From Octopus vulgaris (Eukaryota), in assembly GCA_951406725.2 (NCBI GenBank), contig OX597826.1, positions 64,852,001-64,916,000 on the forward strand: a DNA stretch of 64,000 nt. The letters run 5' to 3'. Below are positions 13,145 through 26,715 of this stretch, in pieces (within the stretch, counting starts at the first letter, position 1; every line of letters starts with the position of its first letter). The position numbers and the translations under genes are program-made. The notes beneath the pieces were generated by a model. That model was not told the DNA's origin, made no database searches, and saw only the letters and a list, made by a program, of their open reading frames with translations.

Positions 13145-14144
13145 CTATTATAAAGAAGACAAATAAAATAATCCTTAACCCTCCTGTATCTGGAAAGCAA
13201 CAAATTGGCAGAGTTGTTAGAGTAATGAATAAAGTGTTTCATGGTATTTGTTCTGACTCTGTGCACTGTGAGTTGAAGTCATGCCAAGGTCAAATTTGCC
13301 TTTCATCCTTTCAGGGTCGATAAAAAAAAGTAGCAATCCAGAGCAAAGTGTAGATAGAACTATGAGAAAGCTGAACAGGATGTTGTGTAGTATCAGTTCT
13401 GGCTCTATGCATCCTGATGGCAACACTTGCAATGACATAAGTGCTTAGCCCTACTGACCCAAGTCAACAGTGCTTCCCTTGGATTAACATTGGTGGTGCA
13501 GAGTGGAGAGAGTTGCATGTATGGACAAACATGTACAGATGTGTAGTCACTAATGATCGATGAAGGCCGAGAGAGAGAGTGAGAGAGAGGTGGGGAGAGA
13601 GCTTGATGTATAGTAGAGTTTTGAAGAACTGCTTCAACATAAGAGAGAATAAAAAAAAGCTACTTTGTCTAACTTAATATATCAACAATCACTGAGTCAA
13701 CAACATGGATATGTATTATAAACACTGTAAATAATAGCATGGGATTTATCTTAAAAGAAAAATACCCCAATGGTCACCATTAATGGTCATAGTGTTGATT
13801 TAATTCCCAAGCTTAGTTTTCAATCAATGACCATCTTCTGCCAGTTGTGGTTCTTTCAAATGAGGGTGTTAAAGATATGTTAAGGAGCGATATGGTTGAC
13901 AAATCAAAAAATGTTTGCAGAACTTGGCTTAATAACTTGTAAATGCCACAGATGTAAGGAATTCCTGCCATTAGCTTTAAGTTTCAGCTTTCAGTTAAAA
14001 GAAACAAAGGCCAAGAGGGAATTAACAACCGTTATTGTCAAGAATTTCGCATAACTGAATTCAGTAAGACAACACATACACTGCCCATAATAATAATAGT
14101 TACAACAACAATAACAATAATAATAATAATAATAATAATAATAA

Positions 14145-14805
14145 TTTCACATTTTAGCAAAGAGCCAGCTGTTTTTTGAGGGGTGAGGGCTAGTTGATTA
14201 CACTGACCTCAGTTCTTGATTAGTACCTATTTTATCAGCCCCAAAAGAATGGAAGGCAAAGTCAACCCCAGCAGAATTTGAACTCTGAACATATATACAG
14301 ATGAAATGCCACTAAGCATTTTACCTGGCATGCTAATGAGTCAGCCAGCTAGCCACCTTAATAATAATAAAAATCTTTTCAACTATAAGCACAAGACCTG
14401 AAATTGGAGGGTGGGGGGGGGCATTAACCCCCAGTGCATAACTGGTACTTATTTCATCAACCTGAAAAAGAATGAAAGGCAAAGCCAACAGCAGTGGAAT
14501 TTGAACTCAGAACATAAAGATGGATAAAATCCCACTAAGCATTTTGCTTGGAATGCTAATGATTCTGCCAGTTCACCACCTTAAAAATAATAATAATGAT
14601 AATAATAATTCCAAATTTTTGTCACAAGGGCAGCTTGGGGGAGGTGGGGATGAGTTGATTACACTGACCCCAGTGTTCAACTGGTAGTTAATTTATCGAA
14701 CTTCCCCGCCAAAGGATGAAAGGCAAAATTGACCTCAGTGGAATTTGAACTCAGATCTAAGCATTTGGTTAGGCATACTAACAATTCTGCCAGCTCACCA
14801 CCTTA
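14145..14805 (-). mobile_element. Three head-to-tail SINE family A copies separated by (AAT)n
   Basis: The aaggcaaa..gacc..gcagaatttgaactcagaa motif recurs at about 14255, 14475 and 14720, with AAT tracts between copies. Confidence 0.85.
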
Positions 14806-15890
14806 CATCATAATAATAATAATAATGCTTGTAGTTTACATGGAAGTCTTGATGCTACATTCCTGGATCAGTCTCTGAATATGAAGCTATATTTACATGA
14901 AAATTCCACAAGGTATTTTAGAAAACAAATTTTTTTTCTTTTCTATTTTTTTGTTATTCCTATGAGGTCAATAAGACCTTCAAAGACTAATTCAATTACT
15001 TGATGTATAATTAATTTTAGAGGTCTGCTTATTTCAGATTCAATTTTGTAACTTACAAGACTGAACACTGGCATGTCACAGAAGTGACAATCCAAATTCA
15101 ACTTTAAAAAATTTCAACATATGTTGTTTGTTTGGTTTGGTTTGGTCGTCGTTTTTTGCATTTTGTTTTCCTTTCAGATAAAATTTTTCCCCCATTTGGT
15201 TTAGGAATTTAATTGCCTTCATGTGTTTACGGAAGTTATAAAACTTTAGAAATATTTGTCTCTTTTTTCATACCACAACATATATCAAAAAAACCTTTTA
15301 AAGCAGCAAGCTGTTTATAGCTTCCCTCTTTTCTCTTTCTTCATAGATCAGAACCTCCCATCCCAACTCACCATATGTGCCCAAAGAATTTTAAACAAAA
15401 ACACAAAAATCTAACAGCAGGCAAAGTTAAACTAATCTTGATTGTCCCCAATTGATTAGCTAGAATAACAACAAAACAGAAACCAGTCAAATTAGATAGC
15501 TAGTATAGAAATTTATATTTTTTTATGCTTTAGGAAGCTTATAAATAAATTCAAGAGGGCCAATGGCATAAATTTGGATAAAGAAACTCAAGAATGATAT
15601 ATTAAATGACAGTATGTGAAAAATTCTCAGTTAACTGAAATTTCCTTTGGACTAAAGAAAGAAAACAAAAGCCTAGCAGTAACTGGTAGTAATACCCACA
15701 GAAAAAAATGAGAAGATAATTTCAAGAAACCAAAAACCAATTTCAGAAAATTTGCTTAAAGGAAAATCTGACCTTTGCAGGCAGGTTTCTGACTATTTTG
15801 ACCATATCAGCATAGTATGGCTTACACAAGCCCCTTTTTTTGAGGAGGGTTACAATTTTTTTTAGTCAGTATGAAAAACCTACACAACTC

Positions 15891-15932
<42 letters not shown>

Positions 15933-17499
15933 AACTATCTTGATTCTCGAAAGGTAGTAATTGTATTGCCGAAAGGGATCAGTTTATAGCATTGTGCTTT
16001 TGGAAGCAGAATAATCTTAGATAATTCTTATCCAATCTATGTCACTATGGAAAAAGCAGATGTAGAAATGATGACAACAATGATCTTGATGGTGATGATA
16101 AACTTAATGAGTAAATTTCAGATATTCTAAATTGCACTATAATAATATTTATTTCCTTCACAGATCCATGGGATTTTTTAATTCGGACATCGGAAAAATG
16201 TTTTTCTTCTAATGAAGAGAAAAAGTGAGAAGGGAAGGAATGAGGAAGTGAGTGAAAATGTGTGCAAACATATATGATTCATCATCATCATTTAACGTCT
16301 GTTTTCCATGCTAGCATGGGTTGGATGGTTCAACCAGGGTCTGGGAAGCCAAGAGGCTGCACCAGGCTCCAGTCTGATCTGGCAGTGTTTCTACAGCTCT
16401 GGCAGTGTTTCATAAAAAGCGCAATAGTTTAATGGAGTTGGACAACCCAAAAGAAATTCTCCCATAAGATACAGCTGTAGCGTACTCAACTTAGGTGGTA
16501 AAAAACTGGTTGTAGATAATGTAGTGACAGTGACAAGAGTCTAGAGAAATTTAGAACATAACCTGTATTCCTACAAACATTAATTTTACTGGTAGAATTT
16601 AGTTTTGAATCAGCAATAAAGACATATGAATAGAGTATATTCATCAAGGATAAGTGGGGTAAATAAGACAGAAAATAGATAAGTATTTCTATGTTAACTT
16701 GTTATACTTCAAAATTAAAAGAAGTATTTGTTTTTCTACACAGACTTGTACATACATTGCAAACTATATACAGATGTGAAGATGATACACATCTAGACAA
16801 ATAAACTAGACACTCATTATTTATGAGAGAGAGGAAGATACAGTTGAGCCAGCTAGAAAGACAAATATTGTTCACACAAAGAAAACAGTTTTAGTTAAAG
16901 CCTAAATCTTAACAAAATAACTGTTTTGTTGTAAGCTGATATTTTCATAAGATTACATACATCAACTTTTGAAAGTAAAATGCAAGGACAAAATCTGTTA
17001 AAATCTTTTATGTTAATTTTTCTCTTCAAGCATACAGGTACAAGAATGACTTAAATCTTCAATATTAACTTTTATCCTTTGGGTTTCTATCTGCAAACAT
17101 ACAGAAGTTGTTGAGACAGCAACTATTTGGCAGTCTGACACTTTAACTGAAGTTCAACTATGTTGACTAACAGAAGCATACAAAGTGTCAGGACATCAAA
17201 TCAGTGTGTATTTCCTTTTCCATTTGAGAGCCTGAGGAAGAGTTACAGAGCAGATAATTTTTTCAACACTTTTGTCGACAGTGGGATAGGCAACAAGTTA
17301 TGTCAGCATAATAATGAGCAATTTTAAGTATCAGAAAGGTACTGTTCATATTGGTGTTGGTGATCTATCATATGGACATGGTTTAAGTTTAGGCACAGTC
17401 TAGAATGTGTCTGCATGAATTTGTTCACTGCACACAGATTTCTGACTTATTAAATTACACTGAAGAGTTACTATAATATTTAGGAAAGAAGGGCCTGTA

Positions 17500-18400
17500 G
17501 TAATTATTGCTAAAGAGATAGTATGGCCAGCAAGATTAAGGATGTGACTTTTCTTCTAAGAAGACCAAACCTTCAACAAATTCTTCAAGTACCACTTGAA
17601 GCATAAAGAAATACTGTACTCCAGTAAATTACATGGAAGGTGAGAGTCAGTAGTAGAGAATATGACCTGGAGGGAAAGAATCAGTGCATTAATTTTTTTT
17701 TTTTAACATCTTTTAGTCAAGAAAGAAGGCAGTGTTCACGGCCTGTTGCAGCACATTCAAGACTAATGGGTAAACAAGAGGAATATATCTTCAAACCAGT
17801 GACCTAACCCAAATGCTTACAACAGAGCTAAAGGCACACAAGGTGCAATGTGGTGGTGTTAAACAGGGTGATGGATTAAGCCCGCCACCCAAATTAAGTG
17901 GCAGAAGATAGGAGACTGAATTAGATGCTAGAAATGCAGATGGTGGCAAAATAATGTGCCAGCTCCAGCATTCGATCCTCAGAAAAGGAGAGGTTTGTGG
18001 TCATGAATGTTGGGTAATGACTGAAAGAATATGATCATGAATACAAGTGATTGGCATGAGGTTCCTCTGAAGGGTCTCTGAAGTAACATTACTTGACAGA
18101 GCGTGAAGCTCAGAAAGCAGGGAGTCTCTCCAGGTTGAATTAATATTTCTCTGCATTTAGAGGTCACAACATTAGTACTACAGACATGTGATTTGAGTGT
18201 GGCAGAAAAGAACTGCAAGATGGATTCTTGAAGCCAAGCCAACCTGCATAGGGGTTGACCAAAAATGAGAAAGTTGGATAATAATCATAGTCTCAGCTGG
18301 TCATGTTTAGGAATCCAGCTGGAAAATCTAATGCCAGTTGCTTCTGATAAGACCCTATGGAGGAGGTACCCGAAGACTCTATCCCCCATGACTCTCCCAG
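17500..18400 (+). mobile_element. Degraded RTE-clade LINE 3' remnant
   Basis: Terminal peptide resembling RG*PKMR..DN..LSWSCLGIQLENLMPVASDKTLWRR, typical of RTE C-termini. Boundaries approximate. Confidence 0.55.
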
Positions 18401-21400
18401 AAATAGTGGGCAGGGATGGATGGAAAGATTAAATCTTTTTTCATCCATGCATGAGATCCAAGCAAAAAGGACATATGCTCAGAGCAGAGGGTGATTATAG
18501 TTTTGAGGTGTCCTCATCTTTTATATTTAGCAGCTTCAAATCTTTATTATTTTTACATAAAATTTCATTTCATATTTATTTAAACAGAGGATTTGGTCAC
18601 TACTCAAGTTTCAGTCTCTGCAATCTTTCAGGCATTTAACTCAAAAAAGTCAAACGGTTACATTTCATAAAGGAATGTAACCATCTGAATTTCTGAATTT
18701 GCCATTTCAAAGAGCAGTATGTGAAAAAAAAATCACAGCAGCAAAATACTCAGTTTAAATAAGTATCTAAACAAAATATACACCATGTATTCAGTACTAT
18801 CTTCCTCTTTCATTCACAAATTCTTACAATCATCCACACACACACACACACACACATATGACCACATGCATGGATGTGTGGTTAAGAAGTGTGCTTCCCA
18901 ACTTTGCAGTCTCAATTTCAGTCCTACTGTGTGGCAACTTGGGCAGGCGTCTTGTACTATAGACCCAAGGCTGACCATATCCTTGTCAGTGCATTTGGTG
19001 TACAGATACTAAAAAAACATGTTGTGTGTTCATGTATTGTGTGTGCATGCACATATGTGTTTGTGTTTATGCCTGTGCTTCCTGAAAAATGGTGAGCTAC
19101 AGGAATAGCTACCATTTCCCCAATCATAGACCCCTTACTTATTGGTGCCTATTTCCATAGTAACAACCCTAGCTGTTGTGTTATCTGTTCATGTCCTGTC
19201 ACACCACAAGTAGTTTACCTTTTGTTTCCTTGTTTTTACACATCTGTTGCTGTCTGAACCATAGTTTTTGGGGGCTTTTTTTTTTTTTTTTGTAATTTAA
19301 TGTCTCACTACATATGTATTGTTTACATGAACTGAACTACAGCTTGTTTTTCGCAATGCCTCTTCTTCAAATATTTCACATGACTTCTTTAAAACTTCTG
19401 TTGTTGAATAATTTGTTGTTGTAATGTTACCATCATTCACAAGATTGCTAGCTTCCAAATCTTGTTTTCTGATTAGGTAAAAATGATCAAACTTTAAACC
19501 TCTGTAACATTTTTCTAAAAAATTTTTCTGGAAGAACTGAATAACAGTATCAGATTCAATGTGAAAAATTGCATAAATACACCAAATTTGAAAATTTTCA
19601 CTTAATTTTTAAACTTTCAAAAAGTGAAGCCAAACAGAAAAGATCCATGAACAGTTAAGGGTTATCAGTAAGAAGGGCATCAGGTTGCAAAAGATGCTCA
19701 AATAATAGGAGGAAGGGAAGCAGCAGCTATAACACCTAATTATAACAGAGCCCGCTAAAATAAGTGAGATCTGAAGTGACAGGGTCACGAGCAGAACTAA
19801 CAAGAGTTAACCACTTGACATTGTGTTGAAAGATTATATGAAGGCAGTTTTGGTAGGGGTTTAATTTTTGTCTGCTTATTTGTTGCTTTTGTTCTTTTCA
19901 ATACTAATGAGAAGGGTGACTACTTGAATCTCAACATACTCTGTAACAGCTTTGGCTTTAAAGCTGGTGCCTAGTACCATGTCAGCAGACTCAAAGAACA
20001 AAGGCCGTTTTCTAGAATGGAAGGCAAATAATGAAATGGAACTTTGCAGGTGAATGATTGCTGTCCTGTCATCACAGTAACTATTCAACCACAAGAGAGA
20101 GACTGATAAAAATACTACCCAAAAAACACTTTTGTATAAGCGATCATACATACGAAACTAACACACAGACACATAAGTATGCATGCACAAGCAAAGTCTT
20201 CTTTCAGTTTCCATCAACCAAGTTTACTCAGCAAGTTTTGGTTAGCCTCAGCTATAATAGAGGACACTAGCCCATGGCACTGCGCAGTGAGACTGTACTC
20301 AAATCCAAGTGGTTGGCAAGCAAACTTCCCATCTACACAGCTACATCTATGCCTATGACAACCGATTCACCTCATATGAGCATTAACTATTTTGATACCA
20401 CCCCTGGATCTCTGTATAAATGTGATTTAAAAACCTCCCATCAAAATTTCATGAAAATTTATGTTCTAAATATAAATTAATAACAAGTTATTCTAATAAA
20501 TACTTCATTATTTTCTAAATTAATTGAAACAAAGGTAATACATTGCAACAGAAATGTGGTAACAAACAGCCACTAGGTATGTCTTTAATTAAACTGTACC
20601 AGGTAACATTGCTTTAAACAGAGAAGAATTCCTATTTGACAGGCTTCCTTGTTTTCAAGCACTAAATGGACTGTTTTGATAATATCAAGAATGAATTTCA
20701 AACTATCTGATAATGATTTATTAAAAGAACTGCCACACATCTCAGACATGAAGCACAAGTCAAACAACACTGGTATGTATGAGAGGAAAAGAGAGACAGA
20801 CAGACAGAAAGGGAGGGGGGATCCTTGGCAACTACATAGGTTACCTTATGTAATAGAACAGAAGAGACAGATAGTAAAAAAACCTTCCTAAAATGTTCTT
20901 AGTAACAGCTTTCTAGACACAATGGTTCAGTTTTAGGACCATGATCTTGGATATTATTGATTCAAGAAAAGTTACTTAAGGTAATTTATATAAATGTAAA
21001 CCTTTCACATGAATAGTGGCATTAGTTGAAACAGCTCACTATATAATACTGCAATGTATAATGACAACAGTAGCAAAAAAAAAAAAAAGGAAAAAATTAA
21101 AAATAAAAATTCTAACAAAGCAAAGGTTAAAAGAAGCTTTTCTAGTCACCCAGAAGAAGTAGGACATAGGTCAGTAGGATTTGTCCAGCAATGGTAAGTA
21201 CTAACACATATGAGTCAAAGAGTAACTAATCATTTGCCTCTCATGCCTTCTTGAGGCTTAAGAACTTGTGAATGTTAAGGAATAGGTTATAAGGAGACAA
21301 TAGATTTACACAAAGACATTCTAAGTGATCTAAGAATAAATGAAAAGCAATAACCCTTTGCCCTAAGCAATAAGGACTGCTTTCAAGTGAGGGCATGAAA

Positions 21401-21844
21401 GTGGCTAAGAACATAAGGTGCCGGATGTCAGGGAAATTGGCAGAGATAAGTAGCTAAGAAAAGAGATAAAGAGAAATTAACAGAAGAAAGGAAAAGAAAA
21501 ATAAATGCCAGCGTATTCCTTCTCTTCTTATTCACCATCAGCAACACTACCACCACTGCCAGTGCCAATTTCTACACAAGTATTAAAAATGTAACGCTGA
21601 CATTAACAATAATATAATATGCGAGACCACAAACCTATCCAAGCTATTCCAGAAAAGGAAACTGGTCAGGTGGTAATCACCAGAGTGGTGTTAATAGCTA
21701 TGACAATGGTGGTGGAGCAGGTGGTGATGATGCAAGCAGGGCTATGACAATGGTAATGGTGGTGATAGTAAGAGTCTGCAGTTATTTCTATCTCCTTGGA
21801 CTTTGTTGTTGTTGTTGTTGTTGTTAATTCGTAGCTATGACACA

Positions 21845-21900
21845 GAGGCAGCCAATCAAATGTTCTGGCGGCATATTGTACTTTCCACCATGTTTGGATA
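21845..21900. promoter_or_regulatory. Possible promoter: CCAAT box plus YY1-like motifs in a CpG-retaining patch
   Basis: gcagCCAATca at 21852, ggcggcatattg and ccaccatgttt, flanked by (GTT)n tracts. Confidence 0.3.
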
Positions 21901-23290
21901 TGGTCATGACCGAATTGCTTTTGTTGTGCCTTCTAAAGTTAGAGGCTACTACTTGTGTGTATGTTGTTGTTGTTGTTAAGAGAAAGAGAGAGAGGATAAC
22001 GGGACAAAAAGCAATACTGAGGACTACAGTGAAGGCAATGAAAAGAAAGAGATGATTGAGGCCATTTACTTCGAGGAGTTCAATAGCCAATGATTTAACA
22101 GGGTAGAAATAAACTCACAATAGGGGTCATTCATAACAACAGCTAAACACAGCATATAGAATCCTTGACAATGGATCCAGAAAAAAAGTGGATTATAAAT
22201 TTTCAGATGTTTCAACAACAGCCATTATTGAAAATGATGATTTCATTCTTAAACTGTAATTTTTAGTCAATTTACTTTCTCAAATAACAGTATAAGATAG
22301 AAAGTAGGTTGCTTCTGGGAAAGAATTTTTATTTTTCAAACATTAAATTTTTGTTTTAGGATAGACTGGGGTGATTTGTCAAAAATTCAAGTGAGGGGAG
22401 AAAGATGACAAATTTGTTTGAGATTTTAATTTAATGTTGATGGGAAACTTCAGAAATCAGTCATCCAGTGATTTTACATAAAGCAGAATACCACATGAAC
22501 CATGAACTAATTTGACACAGCAAACTACATTTGTAATACAATTAACAAGATTTATTTTCATAAAAACTTGCAGTTGTTCATTTGCTTTTTTTTTTTTTAG
22601 TACTTTGTCTAAGCCATGCAGGCTTAGACAAATATATTATTGTGCATGACACCTTGAGAACTGACCAAAGCCTTGTGAGTGGATTTAATAAACTGAAAGA
22701 AGCCCATCTTGTGTGTGTGTGTGTGTATGACTTCATATGTTAGAGGATGTTAATACGATTGCAATAATGCTATACAGACTTCATGTCACTAACCTACACC
22801 TAGTTTTCAAGAACAGGAATTCTTATTCCACATATCTTCAAAGGCACAAAACCACCAAATGTAAACAAACACAAACACATCACACATAAGAAGCTTCCCT
22901 CAGTTTCCATCTCACAAGACTATGGTCAGGCTGGGAGGTGAAATAAGAAAACTATCTGGCAATGATATTGACCTGTTTCATGGAATGAAATTATATTTTT
23001 AATTTTTCAATTATTTCAAGAATGTAAGCTATGCCCAGTCTGGTGTGCATGACCACTTTAAACAAACATTCTTGGCGATCTTTGAATTGGCACATACAGA
23101 AGGGATTGAAAATATTTTTCAAATCAAACTTAACAATATCAAAAGTTATAATGAATTTGTTTCGCAAAGTGGGATTGAAACTTTAGATATCAACAACTGA
23201 ACAAAAAAAAAACAACAAATATATAATACAATAGGCATCAAGGGATTTCTTTCATTTTTAAAAATATTAATGGAAGTATTTCAGCCTCCA

Positions 23291-23327
<37 letters not shown>

Positions 23328-23335
23328 GAACATAC

Positions 23336-23417
23336 CTTAGGCACTGGTGCGTAAACAATTTAGTGTATGTGAGTGCATGCAGATTATGTAAGAGTAATTT
23401 TCAATATATTAAAATAC
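23336..23417 (-). other. Candidate 82-nt non-coding or poison exon downstream of POMP exon 5
   Basis: gttttttttag|GTATTT...CCTAAG|gtatgt. Strong sites; stops in all three frames. Confidence 0.4.
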
Positions 23418-24544
23418 CTAAAAAAAACTTGAAGTTATATCAACAATTGTGAAAATGAAAAACATTAATAGCTCCTTACCAAAAGCAAAAGAATGTCTTG
23501 CATGAAATAACAAGAAATATGAAACAGAAATAGAGACAGGGACACCAGTACTCACTCTCTCTCTCTCCCACTCACATACACACACACACTTTATTTGTTT
23601 GGGGTTCTTTTGCCATGCTGGCATGAGTTGGACAGAGACTTACTGAGTTAAAATTTTACAACTGGGTGTTCTTCCTGTTGCACACAGCTTAGTGGAAAAT
23701 TGGATGTGAATGACTGACACTGCTTGTATGACAGTGACACTCATTTACAATAATTATGTGATGTCAAAAACAAAGAAACACACACACATACAATGTGCTA
23801 ATGTGGTTGGAAAATAATTTTACAGACATATTATAAACTAGACAGTGTTATGAGGTTCTTACATATGTTAATAATGACATGGCAGATTGGCTGTTAAACA
23901 TTTATTGGTTGCAGAGAAAAGACAAACTCATAACACTATTTTTGTAGCAAAGAATGGAAATGCAAGAAAGCTGAAGACAATTTATTAATGGATCAAGTTT
24001 TAAATCAAATGACTTTCACAATGATGCTGTGCACGAAAGCGTGACTTTTGAAATTCAAGAAAATAACCAAGAAATGTAAATTTGAAACTTTATAGAGAAT
24101 TTGTTTCTATAAAAACAAGACACAGACTCGGGGAGTATCTTTTTTCAGAGCAGATTATGGATATGCAAAACAGAGGTGATTAAATCATAAATCAGTCTGA
24201 TGTAATGAATGGAGTTTCAAATTGCAAATTGAGACATGGTTACACAACCTGACACTTGGTAGACGCAAGCTGACTAGAATAACATCATGCTGGTTCAATT
24301 ATACAATTTTCAATATAATCACTCAATGCCAGTTATAATTTAATAAGAAATTAGACAGAACTACTAAACTGAGATCAGTAAATACAGACAGAAATTACAT
24401 GTAACTTTGACACACACACACACACACACACACATCTTATTATTGACTGGAGATCCTTAAAAATCTTTAGACTCCCACTACTTGCTGGCATCAAGCAATA
24501 TATGTGGGGTCAATCTTGAGATTCTGTTTCAATAACTAATATCA

Positions 24545-24990
24545 TTATTTACATTTAATGGATATTTGTCATCTTGTTTGTTGTTAACACAACGTTTCGG
24601 CTGATAAACTCTCCAGCCTTCTTCAGGTGTCTTGGGGAAATTTCAAGCCTGGGGTCTCATTCCTAAGATGTTGTTGTTATTATTATTATTATTATTATTG
24701 TAGTTGTTCAGGTCACAGCTTGGAATCGAACTCAGAATCTTGGGGTTATTTAATCGACCCCGAAAGGATGAAAGGCAAAGTCGACCTCGGCGGAATTTGA
24801 ACTCAGAACGTAATGGCAGACAAAATACTGCAAAGCATTTCACCCAGTGTGCTAACATTTATGCCAGCTCATTATTATTATTATTGTTATTGTTCAGGTC
24901 ACTGCTTGGAATCGAACTCAGAATCTTGGGGTTAGTAGCCCACGCTCTATACCACTACACCATATGCCCATGGGCATATGGTGTAGTGGT
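24545..24990 (-). mobile_element. tRNA-headed non-autonomous retroelement carrying a hammerhead, with an inverted duplication of its head, interrupted by a Meta-type SINE fragment (24749-24870)
   Basis: Head at 24970-24895 has A box TGGTGTAGTGG, a CTACTAA loop and B box GAGTTCGATTC. Perfect palindrome at 24951-24990. A 44-nt direct duplication (24705-24748 and 24891-24934, one mismatch) flanks the SINE insert. Confidence 0.75.
24586..24631 (-). ncRNA. Minimal type I hammerhead ribozyme (Penelope-like-element class)
   Basis: Minus strand GACAC-CTGAAGA-A-GGCTG-gagagtttat-CAGCC-GAAAC-GTT-GTGTT. Core CUGAnGA and GAAA, 5-bp stem II, stem I GACAC/GTGTT, loopless palindromic stem III (ACGT), GUU cleavage triplet. 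Confidence 0.8.
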
Positions 24991-26715
24991 TGATATTATT
25001 GTTATCTAAACAAGGATCAATCAGCAAATCATTGTTGCCATCATCATTATTTAACATCTACTTCTCCATGCTTGCATGGGTCTGATAGAATTTGTTGAGG
25101 CAAGTATTCTATGGCCAAATGCCCTTCCTGCTGCCAACCCTCATGCACACGAGTCTTCTTTCAATTTCCAACTCCCAAATCCATTCACAAGACATCGATT
25201 AACCCAGGGCTATAGTAGATAATACTTGCCCATGGTACCACAAAGTGGGACAGAACATGGCTGGGAAACAAATTTCTCAACCACATAGTATAAACATGTC
25301 AGTATAAAGAGGACATATGACAGAGAGTAAATACTTGGAAAAAGTAGGCTTGAACCCACATCTCTGCATTATGTTCATTAAACTATTTGCTTGTGTAACA
25401 ATCATTTTCTCATGTCAGCATGGATTGGGATTGAAAATTATTTTGAGTCAAAATTTTACAATCAAATGGCCTTTCTATTGCCAAATCTTATCCATTTGCA
25501 AAAATAAGGGATTTCTCCATTCTAAAGTTTTTGAAAGAGCAGTGCAACCAATCATAATGTCAATGAATGAGGAATGCCAGCAGCAGCATCACTTAGCCCA
25601 AGCAGTGACAATATGGAATAGAAGCATGCTCACATACGCATGCACACACACACACACACACATCCACACATTAGATTTATGATGGGCTTCATACAGTTTC
25701 CTTCTACCAAATTTCCTCATGAGGCACATCAGCCCAGGGCTATAGTAAAAGTCACAACCATGTGGTTGTGAAACAAAACTTCTTAACCACACAGCCATGC
25801 TTGCATCTACATAATCTAACAATAAGCTATTGTACTTAAGTAAATCACAAATAGCTTTTTTTTTCTTTTTTAAAAAATTCATGCAAATTTAATGAAGTGT
25901 TACCACTTGTAGTATTATACAACCCCCAAAAAAAAAATTTCAAAAAATGTCACAACACACTAGGATGGTCTGCTAGTAACAATACATTTCTCCAAACTCT
26001 GATTATTTTTTCTTCTATTTGAAAATAGAAATCTTTCTCAAAATATTATAGAATTATTAAACAACCTCTTTGTTTTCATAAGTTTTGAATTAAAATCTTC
26101 CACCAAACCTTAGTTGCAATTTATGTTCCTAACACTAGCTGAATGATAACTAAGTTATTTTGATGAATTCTTTGTTATATCTAAAATAATTGAAAGAAAC
26201 ACAGAGCATCTCAAAATAAATACAGTAACGAAAAGGTTAAACAACCTATGTAAGGTAATACAGTATCTTTCCTCTTTGTTTTCATTTATTGACATCACTT
26301 TACATAATTTGTAATCTGCATTGCTGAAAGGTTTTTGTTTATCAAACATTTACATTTTGTCTCATCTTTTGTTTCATGAAGTTCAATCAAAATGCAGATG
26401 TGAGAAACAAAAGACGCACATACTAGGATTCAAAATGTTCTCAAAATTTGATATGTCTTGTCATAAAAATGTTATAATAGGAAGTAAATTTATTGTGGAT
26501 ACACAGGTTTGAATCTTGCTACATTTTTACATTTCTATGGCCTCACATATACTTTATATTTGAAAGTTTTGCTTAAAATGAACACTTGTAATTTATTTGA
26601 ATATTTGTCTAATACAGAATTAGAGCTGAAGAGTAACAATGCACACAGATACACAGTGGATAACAATATTAATCGTAAATTTTGCATAGCAATAAGAAAA
26701 TTGTAAGAAACTTAC

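Noticed and set aside
16164-16228. Plus-strand acceptor followed by PWDFLIRTSEKCFSSNEEKK*
   Set aside because: No partner exons or recognisable homology, and all supported exons are on the minus strand.
22119-22253. Possible exon with a gtgagt donor
   Set aside because: The acceptor lacks a polypyrimidine tract and there is no informative ORF.
24895-24970. tRNA-Ser(ACT)-like gene
   Set aside because: The acceptor and anticodon stems pair poorly and it is the head of a repeat, not a functional tRNA.
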